IMG/VR virus record: IMGVR_UViG_2061766007_000205
DNA: 26,606 nucleotides
DNA from: an uncultured virus (IMG/VR IMGVR_UViG_2061766007_000205)
Lineage: Duplodnaviria; Heunggongvirae; Uroviricota; Caudoviricetes
Direction: 5' to 3' (one strand)
The notes beneath the pieces are model-generated. The model was not told where the DNA came from. It made no database searches and saw only the letters and a list, made by a program, of their open reading frames with translations. Of the stretch, positions 25,540 through 26,606 are shown piece after piece. The position numbers and the translations under genes were made by a program. Every line of letters begins with the position of its first letter. Positions within the stretch are counted from its first letter, which is position 1.

Positions 25540-25750
25540 CGGATTATCTCAATTCCCTATCGGCATGGTAACGCTAGCTAATAACGACATCGACACGGGA
25601 CTTTGCTACAATCGGCAGAACATCACCGACCGGGCGACAGTCAGCAAGGCCTTAAACTTCTCTGACCTTGTGCGAATAGGTGAGAATGTCACGCAGAAAG
25701 ATAATGTTTCACAGCTAGAAACGGCACAAACACAAGATATTGTGGATTGA
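25540..25750 (+). CDS. Variant C-terminus of the putative terminase small subunit
   Basis: FPIGMVTLANNDIDTGLCYNRQ...QDIVD is nearly identical to the end of 22292..22895, with many synonymous changes. Confidence 0.65.
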
Positions 25751-25965
25751 TAGATGATGCCACTATATGTTGTATATAAGGTGTGCGCGAAAGATTACTT
25801 TAACGAATAGATGTATAAAAAGTGCGTGTTTTCGGGTGTTTGTGCGTGATCCTGATGTCCTGATACCGTGACCCGGAGCGGGGGCAGATTGTAACCCCTG
25901 GGGGGTGTATCAGATCATCAGAGGGCGGGGCGGGTTACCCCCTCAAGTTCCCAAAAAACAAAAAG

Positions 25966-26298
25966 GGTGTCAACACCGCTAAAATAGGGCATTTGCGAAA
26001 AATAAAATCAAAGAAACATAGTAAAGAGAGGTGTCAACACCATGACAGAGAAAACGAAATCGTTCTCAATCCGCTTAAATACTAGGGATAAAGAGGCATT
26101 AACGAAACATATCACGCGAAAAAGTCTTGAGAGCATACTGCGTCAGATAGAGGACGGGGAGATAGAAATAACGGATAAAGGTGTAAAAATCCTAGGAAAT
26201 AAAGGTGTCAACACCGCATCAGAAGGTGTCAACACCGCTATAGAGCCGATTTCAGAGAGCAAAGATTTGGAAAGTACCGAAATAAGCGGTGTCAACAC
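25966..26298. repeat. Five dispersed GGTGTCAACAC repeats
   Basis: Exact copies at 25966, 26030, 26204, 26225 and 26288. Confidence 0.9.
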
Positions 26299-26434
26299 TT
26301 GCGATGGGTGTCCATATATGGAAGCGGCAGAGGAATTAAACACAAGCGGTTATCTTGAAGCGTGTCATACGCAAGGAGTAGATGCACAGAAAGCACTAGA
26401 TAAGTACACGCAGAGTATATGGCGGCAAGGCTAA
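26042..26434 (+). CDS. Hypothetical protein with an RHH-like N-terminus
   Basis: KSFSIRLNTRDKEAL; GAGAGGTG RBS; three GVNT repeats. Confidence 0.7.
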   Translation: MTEKTKSFSIRLNTRDKEALTKHITRKSLESILRQIEDGEIEITDKGVKILGNKGVNTASEGVNTAIEPISESKDLESTEISGVNTCDGCPYMEAAEELNTSGYLEACHTQGVDAQKALDKYTQSIWRQG

Positions 26435-26478
26435 AATTTCAAAAAAATTTTTCGCTTACGCGAAGGGAGGGAAGGGAA

Positions 26479-26606
26479 ATGGAAAAGTGGATGCCCCCGC
26501 AGTTTGGTGAAAAGAGGGATGACGAGGTTGAGTGTTACACAGTAGCGATACCGAACCTGCCGATGTTTCCGAACAGGGCGGTAAAGAGGTTCATAAGGTA
26601 TATCGA
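26479..26606 (+). CDS. Hypothetical protein, 3'-truncated
   Basis: GGGAGG RBS; MEKWMPPQFGEKRDDEVECYTVAIPNLPMFPNRAVKRFIRYI. Confidence 0.7.
   Translation, partial: MEKWMPPQFGEKRDDEVECYTVAIPNLPMFPNRAVKRFIRYI

Noticed and set aside
1..26606. tRNA, rRNA, integrase or transposase genes; alternative genetic code
   Set aside because: None recognised. Genes are intact under the standard code and use all three stop codons.

Overview
This window is a gapped scaffold from a tailed dsDNA phage or prophage, probably infecting a Firmicutes/Clostridia host (inferred from gene content and strong GGAGG-type RBSs). From left to right it holds: (1) a recombination/replication module (RecT, PD-(D/E)XK exonuclease, RusA-like resolvase, HNH, replication initiator with internal iterons, G39P-like helicase loader/inhibitor); (2) a long run of small accessory genes with two DNA adenine methyltransferases, one split by a Gln-terminated LAGLIDADG intein; (3) a terminator-bounded island with divergent promoters (FtsK-like ATPase and RHH protein leftward, LPD29-like polyvalent protein rightward); and (4) the packaging genes. 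N-gaps join sequence from at least two related strains, so some loci appear twice in divergent form. The most striking feature is present in two divergent versions (2-1265 and 1926-3386): a conserved ~147-aa gene, then non-coding RNA(s) in which 25-29-bp stems enclose and alternate with strictly 5-nt-periodic AAA-NN tracts, then a stand-alone RAMP/Cas7-like gene. No CRISPR array or other cas gene is present. This looks like a phage RNA-guided system that uses a pentamer (constant triplet plus variable dinucleotide) guide code. All family assignments come from motif recognition by eye; no searches were run.
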